DNA from: an uncultured Flavobacteriaceae bacterium
GTDB taxonomy: Bacteria > Bacteroidota > Bacteroidia > Flavobacteriales > Flavobacteriaceae
Assembly (NCBI GenBank): GCA_942492425.1
Contig: CALOEQ010000016.1
Location: 43,156-107,155 of the forward strand
Reading direction: 5' to 3'
DNA: 64,000 nt
Below the pieces are notes generated by a model. It did no database searches and had not been told where the DNA came from. It saw only the letters and a program-made list of their open reading frames with translations. A program made the position numbers and the translations under genes. Every line of letters begins with the position of its first letter. The first letter of the stretch is position 1. Below are positions 10,117 to 20,141 of this stretch, in pieces.

Positions 10117-11208
10117 CTAGGGTACCAGCTGCACTTGCTGCCAACCCGTCCCGTCGTGAAAGAAAAGGTCTCCACCAGTGCTCACATAGAGATCTCCGAG
10201 TGCCCCTGTCGGAGGCGCTGCCTGTGGTTCAAGTCTCATGACCCCGTTAATATGCACTTTTTGCTGTGGGCTCGAGGTTCCGACGCCCAAATTGCCCTCC
10301 ATATAGGAGTCTCCTGTATTGTCAGAATACAGCGCATAGCTGTTCCCGGCCACATTGGAAAATGGAGTTGAAATGTAGAGCGCATAGCTGTCGCCACCAA
10401 CCGATCCCGAGCCTGCTCCACCGATAAAGAGGCCGTAACCGTCACCTGTTATGGTTCCGTTGTTTGTAAAGAACATGGATCCGAGAGAAGGCTGTGACAT
10501 AGTTCCCCCAGATTGATTAAAGACACCTATATCGATTCCTCTGACCAAGTTGTAATAGTTCCCGCCCTCCTCATTCGTTGCCAAAGCGACAAAACCCGCT
10601 CCATAACCGATGTTGCTTCCGTTACTAATTTGAGGATCCAACATCCAGCCGCTGTGTTTATCGTTCCACTTCCGGCTCGGATTCTGAACAATTCCCTGGG
10701 TTCCTATCGCATAGTCAACCGTTGCAGGGCCCGTGATTCCTTGCAACGCTCCAAGGGCCTAAGGTGCGGCACTTGTTCCTGATCCACTCGTAAAAAGCAT
10801 CAATACGTGCAGCCGTATACCGTGTCGTCATTATCCTTTTCCGCGAACAAATAGTTTGTGAGCCTGACTGAACTGATTGAGTCCGATTCCAACCCGTCCA
10901 TCATAAAAAGCGATATCGTCCGGGTTGCCATCAACAAACTTCCCGACGCCGGGTTTTGACTCTGCCCAGGCTCCGTCAATGTACGACCAGAAACTTTGTG
11001 TATCTGTGTCGTATACCTTAAGGGCTTCAGCCGGATTTGCTATGGCTTCTCTTTGAGCAGTGGTCATTCTTGGCATCAAAAACCCCTTGTCTGCTGATGA
11101 AACTTCAAGTGCCGCCGAGGCATCGGGTGTTGTCGTACCAATACCCACCTGGGCATAAGCTGCTGAAATAACAAAGGTGAAAAGAACAAAAGTGATGATT
11201 TGTTTCAT
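10117..11208 (-). pseudogene. Frame-disrupted secreted VGIGT-repeat surface protein (two track ORFs, 10831..11208 and 10117..10746, from one gene); pseudogene or local sequencing errors
   Basis: Signal peptide plus AQVGIGTTTPDASAALEVSS...GFLMPRMTTAQR N-terminus and C-terminal GNLGVGTSSPQQKVHING. Both pieces are in the same frame, separated by stops at 10833, 10830 and 10761, with protein-like sequence in the other frames between them. Confidence 0.7.
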
Positions 11209-11268
11209 AATTGAGTTGTATTAGTCTTTCTGTATTGGATTCGTTTGTTTTCTAGGATTGTTTTCTCA

Positions 11269-12222
11269 CTACTCGACGAGCATTTTTTTAACCCCGGTTT
11301 TTCCGTCTTCTTCGAATTTCACGAAGTACAAACCGCTTTCCAGGTTACCCTTGGATACCTGACCCGTTCCATTGTACGTTCCGACGTTGTTGTAAGAACG
11401 AACAAGTCTTCCGCTCAGGTCAAAAACATTTATTTCCAAATTATTGAATTCCTGCTTTGAGCTGAATCGAATTTCGGACTCTCCAAGTCGCACAGGATTG
11501 GAGAGCAAACTGAACCCCGAGGAGAATAATTCGTCCTCAACGGAAAGCACCGTTTCAGTGTCTATTCCGAAAGTGAATTGCCCGAATCCATTGAGGTCAA
11601 CAGACTGATTCGGATCGCTGGTGACATCTCCTTCATTCACATCTCCCTGGAGAACGTAGGTTTGACTGGCGCTTACCAGGTCCCAGGTCCCGTTGTTTAA
11701 GCCCACTATGCTTATCGAATTAAAAACACCTCCGTTGTCATTCACCAGTTGCTCCATGCCACTGTCGCTATTCCAGGGCAAAGTAATTACGGCATTCCCG
11801 GAAAGCTCCCAATACTCAACTTCACCAACCGCATCAACTCCCTGTCCGTTGCTTCCTGCAGCTGGAGTAGCCTTGAAGTACTCGGCTGTCACATCCCCGG
11901 AATGATCAGCAAACACCGGAGCATAAACCCCATTGTTTCCCACCGGGAGCTTTGTCGTACCCGAACCCGAAGCCGTCAGCCTGCCATTCACATACTCCTG
12001 CGAGTCACCCCAGGTATTTCCAGACTCCACAAAAAAATCACCATTGTCAGCTACCTCTACCACATTGTCACTCGTTGTGAACCCTGTGCTATTACCGAGG
12101 TAGAAAACCGAATCATCACCAATGTAAAGAGACTGCGCCTCTAAGGATGAGCCTCCAAATAGCATTGCAAAAGAGAATGAGATAACTTGAAAGAATAATG
12201 AAGTGTGTAAAAATCTTCGCAT
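11269..12222 (-). CDS. T9SS type A (Por secretion) C-terminal domain protein
   Basis: Signal peptide; C-terminal SNPVR...INVFDLSGRLV...NLESGLYFVKFEEDGKTGVKKMLVE matches the T9SS CTD pattern. Confidence 0.88.
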   Translation of the reverse strand: MRRFLHTSLFFQVISFSFAMLFGGSSLEAQSLYIGDDSVFYLGNSTGFTTSDNVVEVADNGDFFVESGNTWGDSQEYVNGRLTASGSGTTKLPVGNNGVYAPVFADHSGDVTAEYFKATPAAGSNGQGVDAVGEVEYWELSGNAVITLPWNSDSGMEQLVNDNGGVFNSISIVGLNNGTWDLVSASQTYVLQGDVNEGDVTSDPNQSVDLNGFGQFTFGIDTETVLSVEDELFSSGFSLLSNPVRLGESEIRFSSKQEFNNLEINVFDLSGRLVRSYNNVGTYNGTGQVSKGNLESGLYFVKFEEDGKTGVKKMLVE

Positions 12223-12316
12223 AGGCTCTATATTTCACTCGAAAATAACAACTTTTTATGACTTATTCCCGGTTTTAAGGGCTCTAATTCGCCCAGGGAC
12301 AAACCTTATTTTACTT

Positions 12317-13408
12317 CTAATCCTGAAACTCGAAAGAACTTGAGATTCCTTCGTAAACAATTTTTCCGTGAACGATGTTAAGACCTTTCTCAAGGACATG
12401 ATCTTCCTCGCAGGCCTTCTTCCAACCCTTGTTCGCAATGTTCAAAACGTAAGGCAGTGTCACATTGGTAAGAGCTTTCGTTGAAGTGTACGGAACGGCA
12501 CCGGGCATATTGGCGACGCAATAATGCACAACATCATCAATAATATAGATCGGATCTTCGTGTGTTGTGGGATGCGTCGTTTCAAAACATCCCCCCTGAT
12601 CAACGGCGACATCGACCAGCACGGTTCCCGGATGCATTTCTTTGAGCATTTCCCGGGTGATCAGCTTTGGTGCCTTTCCTCCGGGGATCAACACCCCTCC
12701 GATGATGAGATCATTCGTTTTGATATGCTTGAGGATATTATAGCTGTTGCTGAACTCGGTCACTACGTGATTGGGCATGACGTCATTGACATAGCGCAGC
12801 CTGTCCATGTTGATATCCATAATGGTGACCATAGCTCCCAGGCCCGCGGCCATTTTTGCCGCCTGAACCCCAACCACTCCGGCTCCAAGAACCAGGACTC
12901 TTCCCGGAGGAACCCCCGGAACGCCACCGAGCAGCACACCCTTGCCCTTGACGGGTCTTTCCAAATACTTCGCACCCTGTTGGATCGCCATTCGGCCTGC
13001 GACTTCCGACATAGGTGTGAGCAGAGGAAGTTTGCCATCATCCGTCTGCACGGTCTCGTAGGCTATGCAAATGGCCCCACTGTCTATCATGGCCCGAGTC
13101 AATTTTTCGGAAGACGCAAAATGGAAATAGGTGAAGACGATTTGATCCTCTTTGATAAGGTCGTATTCCGCTTCGATCGGTTCCTTGACTTTGACAATCA
13201 TTTCAGCACGATCGTAGACTTCATTCATGGATCCGAGAATAATTCCCCCGACTCCTTTGTATTCTAAATCCTCATAGCCGCTGCTGATTCCCGCCCCGGT
13301 TTGAATAATCACCTGGTGACCATTATTTGTGAGTTCATATACACCTGCCGGGGTCAATGCCACCCGGCTTTCGTTGTTCTTGATTTCTTTGGGAAGGCCT
13401 ATGATCAT
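12317..13408 (-). CDS. ald: Alanine dehydrogenase
   Basis: IIGLPKEIKNNESRVALTP, KVKEP, FTYFHFA, PMSEVAGR, GAGVVG, DVAVDQGGC, VANMPGAVP. Confidence 0.97.
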   Translation of the reverse strand: MIIGLPKEIKNNESRVALTPAGVYELTNNGHQVIIQTGAGISSGYEDLEYKGVGGIILGSMNEVYDRAEMIVKVKEPIEAEYDLIKEDQIVFTYFHFASSEKLTRAMIDSGAICIAYETVQTDDGKLPLLTPMSEVAGRMAIQQGAKYLERPVKGKGVLLGGVPGVPPGRVLVLGAGVVGVQAAKMAAGLGAMVTIMDINMDRLRYVNDVMPNHVVTEFSNSYNILKHIKTNDLIIGGVLIPGGKAPKLITREMLKEMHPGTVLVDVAVDQGGCFETTHPTTHEDPIYIIDDVVHYCVANMPGAVPYTSTKALTNVTLPYVLNIANKGWKKACEEDHVLEKGLNIVHGKIVYEGISSSFEFQD

Positions 13409-13535
13409 GACGCTATTTTTTTTGCTAAAAATAGCTCAAATGAAGAAGTTCAAAGAGAGAATTCTGTCAATAGTATTTTAAATTTATCAACAATTCAAGC
13501 GATTCTTTCAACATTCCATATCGTTTTGCTGAAAT

Positions 13536-16358
13536 CTATCCGACAACGTTAATGATTTTACCCGGAACAAAAATCACTTTCTTAGCCGTTCGTCCCCCAA
13601 GCTGTTGAAGTGTCCGTTCATCTGACAGCACAATTTTCTCAACCTCCTCCTTCGAGAGGTCAAGGGCGAGTTCAAGCGTAAAGCGCATTTTTCCATTGAA
13701 GGAAATCGGATATTCTTTCGTGCTTTCTATCAAATGGGTCTGGTCAAAAATCGGGAAATCGACCGAAGCAATGGATTGTGAATGACCGAGTTTCTCCCAA
13801 ATTTCCTCTGCGATATGAGGAGCGTACGGGGAGATCAAGACAATCAGGGGCTCAAGAATGGCCCTCTTGTCACATTTCATGGCGGTAAGCTCATTCACCG
13901 CAATCATAAAGGAACTCACCGAGGTGTTGAAAGAAAAGTTGGCAATATCCTCATCGACCTTCTTGATGGTCTTGTGCAGGGTTTTGAGCTCTTCCGCAAC
14001 AGGCTCGTCATCCGATACCGAGAAAATGCCGTCCGCCCCGTTGTGGTATAGCTTCCAGAGTTTCTTCAAAAAACTGTGCACTCCCGAAATTCCCGCTGTG
14101 TTCCAGGGCTTGGCCTGCTCCAAAGGTCCCAGGAACATTTCGTACAGTCGAAGGGTATCGGCACCGTAATCATGACAGATATCGTCGGGGTTGACCACGT
14201 TGTATTTCGACTTGGACATTTTTTCAACTTCGCGACCCACGATGTATTTTCCATCATCCAGGATAAATTTGGCCTCCTGAGCCTCCTTGTTTCGGGTGCT
14301 TTTCCTGAAGGCCTCCACATCCAATTCGTTTGAGGCATTGACCAGGCTCACATCCACGTGAATAGGTTGAACTTTTTGATCTCCGATAAGGGTTTGAGAC
14401 ACATAGGTATTTTCCCCTTCCAGGCGATACACAAAGGCACTGGTGCCCAATATCATTCCCTGGTTGATCAGTTTTTTGGCGTACTCCTCGACCGGGACCA
14501 ACCCGCGGTCAAACAAAAACTTCTGCCAAAAGCGCGAATACAGCAAATGCCCTGTCGCGTGTTCGCTCCCTCCAATATACAAATCCACGTCGCGCCAGTA
14601 CTCCAACGCTTTTTTGCCCGTAAAGGAAGTTGGGTTGCGGGCATCCATGTAGCGATTGAAGTACCAACTGCTGCCGGCCCATCCCGGCATCGTGTTGAGC
14701 TCGATCGGAAACACGCTCTCCTGGTCGATCAGGTCGTTGCTGACAACTTGTTCGGTCTTGGTGCACCAGGCCCAGTTCTTTGCATTTCCGAGAGGGGGCT
14801 TTCCGTCTGAGGTCGGAAGGTATTTTTCGACCTCCGGCAGTCTCAAAGGCAAGTGCTTCTCATCAATGATGCGAGGCACTCCATTGTCATAATAAACCGG
14901 GAATGGCTCTCCCCAATAGCGCTGTCTCGAAAAGACAGCATCCCTGAGTCGGTAGTTGATTTTTCCCTGCCCAATGCCTCTTTTCTCCATCTCATCGATG
15001 ATCCTGCGAATGGCTGTGGTCGCATCCATGCCCGAAATAAAATCAGAATTGGCGATGATCGCGCTTTTGTCGTCGCAGGCGGATTCTGAAATGTCCTGGT
15101 TCTCAAAAATGTTAGGGATTTCAAGGCCAAAGTGCTTCGCAAAATCGTAATCGCGCTGGTCACCGCAAGGGACGGCCATTACCGCACCGGTACCATAACT
15201 GGCCAGAACGTAGTCGCCGATCCAAATCGGAACGTCTTCCCCGGTGAACGGATGAACCGCATAGGCCCCGGTAAAAACCCCACTGATGGTTTTCACGTCC
15301 GACATACGATCACGCTCACTTCTTTTGGAAGTGGCCATCACGTACTCCTCAACTTCATCCCGCTGATCGGAGGTCGTGATCTTTTCGACCAACTCGTGCT
15401 CGGGTGCAAGGGTCATAAAAGAGACCCCGTAAATCGTATCGGGCCGGGTGGTAAAAACCTGAAATTCTTCCTCCGAGTCCTTGATTTTAAAACGGACCAT
15501 GGCTCCTTCTGATCTTCCGATCCAGTTTTTCTGAGAATCCTTGAGTGACTGGGGCCAGTCAATCTTTTCCAAACCGTCCAGCAGGCGCTGTGCATAAGCC
15601 GTGATTCGCATGGACCACTGTTTCATTTTCTTTCTGACCACCGGGAAACCTCCTCGTTCCGAAACCCCATTGACAATCTCGTCATTGGCCAGAACCGTAC
15701 CCAGCTCAGGGCACCAATTGACCTCCGTTTCCGACAGATACGTAAGCCGGTATTTGGCCAAAACCGCTTCTTGCTCAAAGGCCGTCCAACTGTTCCATTG
15801 TGAAGCGCTGAAATCTGGCACGTCTTCGTCGCATGCCGCATTTATTCTTTGATTCCCTTCCTTTGCGAACACATCCACCAACTCTGAAATGGGTCTTGCC
15901 TTGTCTGCATCTTTACAGTAGTAGGATTCAAAAAGCTGTATGAATATCCATTGGGTCCAGCGATAATACTCCGGATCAGAGGTTCGAACTTCTCGACTCC
16001 AATCATAGGAGAATCCGATCTGGTCGAGTTGCCGCCTGTACGTTTTGATATTTTTCTCGGTTGTCTTCGCCGGATGCTGACCCGTTTGAATCGCATACTG
16101 TTCCGCGGGAAGCCCAAACGAGTCATAACCCTGAGGATGAAGCACGTTGAATCCTTTGTGTCTCTTGTAGCGCGCATAGATATCTGATGCAATGTATCCC
16201 AGGGGGTGTCCCACGTGGAGTCCGGCACCACTTGGATAAGGAAACATGTCCAAAACATAGAACTTGGGTTTGGAACTCTCGTTTTGAGCCTTAAAGGTTT
16301 CGTTCTCCAGCCAGTATTTTTGCCATTTGGCCTCTATTTCATTGAAGTGATATTTCAT
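13536..16358 (-). CDS. leuS: Leucine--tRNA ligase
   Basis: MFPYPSGAGLHVGH (HIGH), SRQRYWGEP, MPGWAGSSWY, YIGGSEHA, KMSKS. Confidence 0.99.
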   Translation of the reverse strand: MKYHFNEIEAKWQKYWLENETFKAQNESSKPKFYVLDMFPYPSGAGLHVGHPLGYIASDIYARYKRHKGFNVLHPQGYDSFGLPAEQYAIQTGQHPAKTTEKNIKTYRRQLDQIGFSYDWSREVRTSDPEYYRWTQWIFIQLFESYYCKDADKARPISELVDVFAKEGNQRINAACDEDVPDFSASQWNSWTAFEQEAVLAKYRLTYLSETEVNWCPELGTVLANDEIVNGVSERGGFPVVRKKMKQWSMRITAYAQRLLDGLEKIDWPQSLKDSQKNWIGRSEGAMVRFKIKDSEEEFQVFTTRPDTIYGVSFMTLAPEHELVEKITTSDQRDEVEEYVMATSKRSERDRMSDVKTISGVFTGAYAVHPFTGEDVPIWIGDYVLASYGTGAVMAVPCGDQRDYDFAKHFGLEIPNIFENQDISESACDDKSAIIANSDFISGMDATTAIRRIIDEMEKRGIGQGKINYRLRDAVFSRQRYWGEPFPVYYDNGVPRIIDEKHLPLRLPEVEKYLPTSDGKPPLGNAKNWAWCTKTEQVVSNDLIDQESVFPIELNTMPGWAGSSWYFNRYMDARNPTSFTGKKALEYWRDVDLYIGGSEHATGHLLYSRFWQKFLFDRGLVPVEEYAKKLINQGMILGTSAFVYRLEGENTYVSQTLIGDQKVQPIHVDVSLVNASNELDVEAFRKSTRNKEAQEAKFILDDGKYIVGREVEKMSKSKYNVVNPDDICHDYGADTLRLYEMFLGPLEQAKPWNTAGISGVHSFLKKLWKLYHNGADGIFSVSDDEPVAEELKTLHKTIKKVDEDIANFSFNTSVSSFMIAVNELTAMKCDKRAILEPLIVLISPYAPHIAEEIWEKLGHSQSIASVDFPIFDQTHLIESTKEYPISFNGKMRFTLELALDLSKEEVEKIVLSDERTLQQLGGRTAKKVIFVPGKIINVVG

Positions 16359-16496
16359 CTTGTCCGTTGGTTTCTCCTTGATTCATAAAGGGTTTGAGGA
16401 GCGCAAAGTTACGCTTAAAGGCCGAATGTGCAAAGAATCCAATTGTATCTTAATTTTCCTATATTTACCTTCCTATTCTCACTAACACAAACACGC

Positions 16497-18116
16497 ATGT
16501 ATAAACCCCTCATATACGTCGCGGTGATTTTTCTTCTGGCCGGGTGCCAGGAAAAAACAGTAGCCGACCTCATTGTAACAAACGCCAAAATCATAACCGT
16601 CGATGACTCTTTTTCATCTGCGGATGCCTTCGCTGTGGCGGATGGAAAGTTCCTCGCTGTAGGTTCCAAAAAGGAAATCATGTCTCAGTTTCGATCTCAG
16701 AACAAGATAGATGCCGACGGAAAAACCATTGTTCCGGGCCTGATTGACGGTCATTGCCATTTTTACAATTTGGGCATTTTCATGCAGAAGGTCGACCTGG
16801 CTGGAACGGAGAGCTACCAGGAAGTCCTGGATCGCGTGGTTGCGTTCCAAAAAGAACAGAAGTCAGACTTTATTATTGGTCGGGGCTGGGATCAAAACGA
16901 TTGGGAGAACAAGGAGTATCCAACCCGCAAAGAACTGGATCGTCTCTATCCGAAGACTCCTGTGGCCCTCACCCGGATTGACGGACACGCCATGCTGGCC
17001 AACAAAGCCGCTCTTGACCTGGCAGGAATCGATTCGAATACCCAGGTTGAAGGAGGCGAAATCATCGTTGAAAATGGAAAAGCGACAGGGGTTCTGGTCG
17101 ACAATGCCATGAACCTGGTGGAGGCTGTTATTCCAGCTCCCGACCGGGACACCAAGATCAAGAGCCTGCTCGATGCACAAGAGAAATGTTTTTCACTGGG
17201 GCTGACTTCTGTAAGTGATGCGGGTCTTGACCGGGAGATCATTGAGCTCATTGACAGCCTTCAAAAGGCACAATCTCTCAAGATGAGAATCTATGCCATG
17301 ATCTCTGCCACGAAAGAAAACCTGGATCACTATCTATCGGCAGGAACATCCAGGACCGACAGACTGAATGTCTCGTCTTTCAAGGTTTACGCCGACGGAG
17401 CATTGGGTTCCAGAGGTGCGGTTTTGAAAGAATCCTACTCAGACCGGGAGAATCATTTTGGAGCGATGGTGACCCCGCTTGACACCCTGAGTGAAATCGC
17501 CCGCAGGCTCTCCAGGTCGGATTTTCAAATGAATACACATGCCATCGGCGACTCGGCAAATGCTTTTGTGCTGAAGACCTATGCCAAAAACCTTAAGAGT
17601 CAGACCAATCGTCGCTGGAGGATCGAGCACGCCCAGGTGGTATCCCCGGATGACTTCCTTTATTTTACAGAAATTCTTCCATCCATCCAACCTACGCATG
17701 CCACAAGTGACATGTATTGGGCCGAGGACAGACTGGGTTCCGATCGAATCAAAGGAGCTTACGCTTTCAAGGAATTGCTCGACATCAACGGAAGGGTTGT
17801 TCTCGGGACTGATTTCCCCGTTGAGAAAGTTGACCCCATGCTCACTTTTTACGCTGCTGTGGCCCGCCAGGACCTCAGTGGCTTCCCGGAGGGAGGATTT
17901 CAGATGCAAAACGGCTTGAGCCGGGAAGAGACCCTAAAGGGAATGACGATCTGGGCCGCTTATGGCAATTTCGAAGAAGGGGAGAAAGGATCCATTGAGC
18001 CGGGCAAATTCGCTGACTTTGTAATTCTTGACAAGAATATCATGGAGATCGATATCGATGAGGTGCCTGAAACCAAAGTCCTTGGAACCTATGTGAATGG
18101 GGAAAAAGTATACTAG
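16497..18116 (+). CDS. Amidohydrolase 3 family (YtcJ-like) lipoprotein
   Basis: Lipobox LLAGC, PGLIDGHCH, ADGALGSRGA, THAIGD, RIEHAQ, QPTHATSD, GTDFPVE, GSIEPGKFADFV. Start taken at MYKPL. Confidence 0.9.
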   Translation: MYKPLIYVAVIFLLAGCQEKTVADLIVTNAKIITVDDSFSSADAFAVADGKFLAVGSKKEIMSQFRSQNKIDADGKTIVPGLIDGHCHFYNLGIFMQKVDLAGTESYQEVLDRVVAFQKEQKSDFIIGRGWDQNDWENKEYPTRKELDRLYPKTPVALTRIDGHAMLANKAALDLAGIDSNTQVEGGEIIVENGKATGVLVDNAMNLVEAVIPAPDRDTKIKSLLDAQEKCFSLGLTSVSDAGLDREIIELIDSLQKAQSLKMRIYAMISATKENLDHYLSAGTSRTDRLNVSSFKVYADGALGSRGAVLKESYSDRENHFGAMVTPLDTLSEIARRLSRSDFQMNTHAIGDSANAFVLKTYAKNLKSQTNRRWRIEHAQVVSPDDFLYFTEILPSIQPTHATSDMYWAEDRLGSDRIKGAYAFKELLDINGRVVLGTDFPVEKVDPMLTFYAAVARQDLSGFPEGGFQMQNGLSREETLKGMTIWAAYGNFEEGEKGSIEPGKFADFVILDKNIMEIDIDEVPETKVLGTYVNGEKVY

Positions 18117-18670
18117 ATATCGAAACGAATCGGTGCGGTCACCCGGGCCGTGTCCCATCCCAGGACCATATTGATGTTTTTGCCCTTTTCTTTGAAGGCG
18201 ATTGAGAACGCCTCGATAAATTCGGCACGACTCACTTTGGCCTGAACCCTTGCCACATCGTATTTTTCATCGTATTCGTAGGTACCCCAAACATCCGTCT
18301 TTGAGCTGAGAATCAGGGTCCATTCTTTTTCGTTGGGAATCGCGTAGAGAACATAGGTTCCTGCCTTTACTTCGGTTCCTCCAAAGAGCACGTCCTTGTA
18401 AAACACAACTTCTGTAGCCTCATTGGCACCTACTCTCCAGATCTGACCGTAGGGAATCACTTCTTCAAAAAGGTCCCTGCCCTTTTTCATGGGTCTGCCA
18501 TAAAGCACTTTTATGCTTGGAGGAGCAATTTTATTGGTCCTGAAATAGACAATGTCGTGGGGACTTTCATCGAGATCCTTGAAGTCTTGAGCTTGAGCGC
18601 TCCCAATGGATAGTAGCGTCACAAAAGTGAACAAACAGGAAAATAAGAGGGTCTTTTTCATCGCAATCAT
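18113..18670 (-). CDS. DUF2911 domain protein
   Basis: Signal peptide; YGRP.KKGR, IPYGQIWRVGANEATE, GTYVLYAIP.EKEWT. Confidence 0.85.
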   Translation of the reverse strand: MIAMKKTLLFSCLFTFVTLLSIGSAQAQDFKDLDESPHDIVYFRTNKIAPPSIKVLYGRPMKKGRDLFEEVIPYGQIWRVGANEATEVVFYKDVLFGGTEVKAGTYVLYAIPNEKEWTLILSSKTDVWGTYEYDEKYDVARVQAKVSRAEFIEAFSIAFKEKGKNINMVLGWDTARVTAPIRFDI

Positions 18671-18705
18671 CTTTTCAAATTCTCGTTTCGCATTGGGTTT
18701 CAAGG

Positions 18706-19272
18706 TTAGATTTTGGCCAGCATCGGGCTCGTGTCATCCAATGGAATATCCACCCGGGTTTCCTCCCAGGCCAGAACCATAAAAGCATCTTTGAAATCTT
18801 TCTTGAAGGCAATGGAGAAAACGTCAAGTGGTTCATTCACGTCCTTCTTGACTTTTATCTTGAATCGGGCCACATCTTTCTCCGGGTTGTAGAAAAAGGC
18901 GCCCCAGGTATTCGTATTGGAATTCAGGATTATGGTCCATTCTTTCTTGCCCGGTATGGTGTGCATTACATAAGTTCCCTGCTTTACCAGCTTGTTTCCG
19001 AACATCATGTCCTTGTAGAAAGTGATTTCGGTCGCCTCGTTGGCACCGGTTCTCCATATCTCTCCGTAGGGAACGAGTTTGCCAAAAACCTTTCCTTCTT
19101 CAACGGAGGGCCTGCTGTAGACCACTTTGACCAATGGATCTGATTTCTGGTTCGGCCGTAAATAGGCAATATCCACTGGGGCCTTATCCAATTGATCAAA
19201 CCGTTGGGAAAATGCATTAGACTGGAAAAAGAGCGCACACAGGATGGCACAGGTAATAGCAATTTTTTTCAT
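18706..19272 (-). CDS. DUF2911 domain protein (tandem paralog)
   Basis: VVYSRP, LVPYGEIWRTGANEATE, GTYVMHTIPGKKEWT; clearly similar to the downstream gene. Confidence 0.85.
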   Translation of the reverse strand: MKKIAITCAILCALFFQSNAFSQRFDQLDKAPVDIAYLRPNQKSDPLVKVVYSRPSVEEGKVFGKLVPYGEIWRTGANEATEITFYKDMMFGNKLVKQGTYVMHTIPGKKEWTIILNSNTNTWGAFFYNPEKDVARFKIKVKKDVNEPLDVFSIAFKKDFKDAFMVLAWEETRVDIPLDDTSPMLAKI

Positions 19273-19445
19273 AGCAACAAATAATTATTCGATAATCATT
19301 CGAAGGTTTATAACGAAGAATACCCTGAAATATTTTATCATTTCTCTCCAAAAAATCAGAAAGACGGATGTTAAATAGGGTTAAAAGGCGGGTGCATGGC
19401 ATTAAAATACTATTTTTGTACTTGCGAATATTAGAATGTCTAGAA

Positions 19446-20120
19446 ATGAAGCTATTGATTGTCGAGGATGAGCTTGAATTGCTGAATTCCACTTGTGTAT
19501 ACCTGCAGAAAGAGGATTTTGTGTGCGAACCGGCTTCGAATTTCTTTGAAGCGGAGGACAAATTGCTTTCCTACAATTACGACGTCGTGATACTCGACAT
19601 CAACCTTCCGGATGGGAATGGACTGAATCTGCTCAAATATATCAAGGAGAAGAGCCCGGAAACAGGAGTTCTAATTGTTTCGGCCAAGGATTCACTCGAT
19701 GACAAGCTCAAGGGCCTCGACCTGGGAGCAGATGACTACATCACCAAGCCTTTTCACCTGGCCGAATTGAATTCCAGGGTCAATTCTCTTTTGAGAAGAA
19801 GAAAGTTCGAAGGGAACAACAATATAATTTTTGAGGAAATCGAGATCGATCCGGTGGCAAAGATCGCCCTGGTGAATGCCAAGCCCCTGGATCTAACCAA
19901 GAAGGAGTACTTTCTTCTATTGTACTTTATCACAAATAAAAACAGGGTACTTACCAAAGAGGCGATCGCTGAGCACCTATGGGGTGACAATATAGACATG
20001 GTCGACAATTTTGACTTTATCTACACCCACATGAGAAATTTGAGAAAGAAACTCAAAAAAAGCGGGGCCAACGACTATCTGCAGACAATTTACGGTCTCG
20101 GCTATAAATTTGGAGAATAA
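19446..20120 (+). CDS. OmpR/PhoB-family response regulator
   Basis: LLIVEDE, LDINLPDGNG, GADDYITKPF, winged helix with HMRNLRKKL and TIYGLGYK. Confidence 0.95.
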   Translation: MKLLIVEDELELLNSTCVYLQKEDFVCEPASNFFEAEDKLLSYNYDVVILDINLPDGNGLNLLKYIKEKSPETGVLIVSAKDSLDDKLKGLDLGADDYITKPFHLAELNSRVNSLLRRRKFEGNNNIIFEEIEIDPVAKIALVNAKPLDLTKKEYFLLLYFITNKNRVLTKEAIAEHLWGDNIDMVDNFDFIYTHMRNLRKKLKKSGANDYLQTIYGLGYKFGE

Positions 20121-20141
20121 TCCTCAAGTAATGAGTCCCAG

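Noticed and set aside
10117-11208. Diversity-generating retroelement target or programmed frameshift
   Set aside because: No template repeat or reverse transcriptase in the window, the changes are insertions rather than A-specific substitutions, and several shifts would be needed with no slippery sites.
18113-19272. Tandem DUF2911 pair as a novel system
   Set aside because: A simple paralog pair of a common Bacteroidota family with no unusual linked features.
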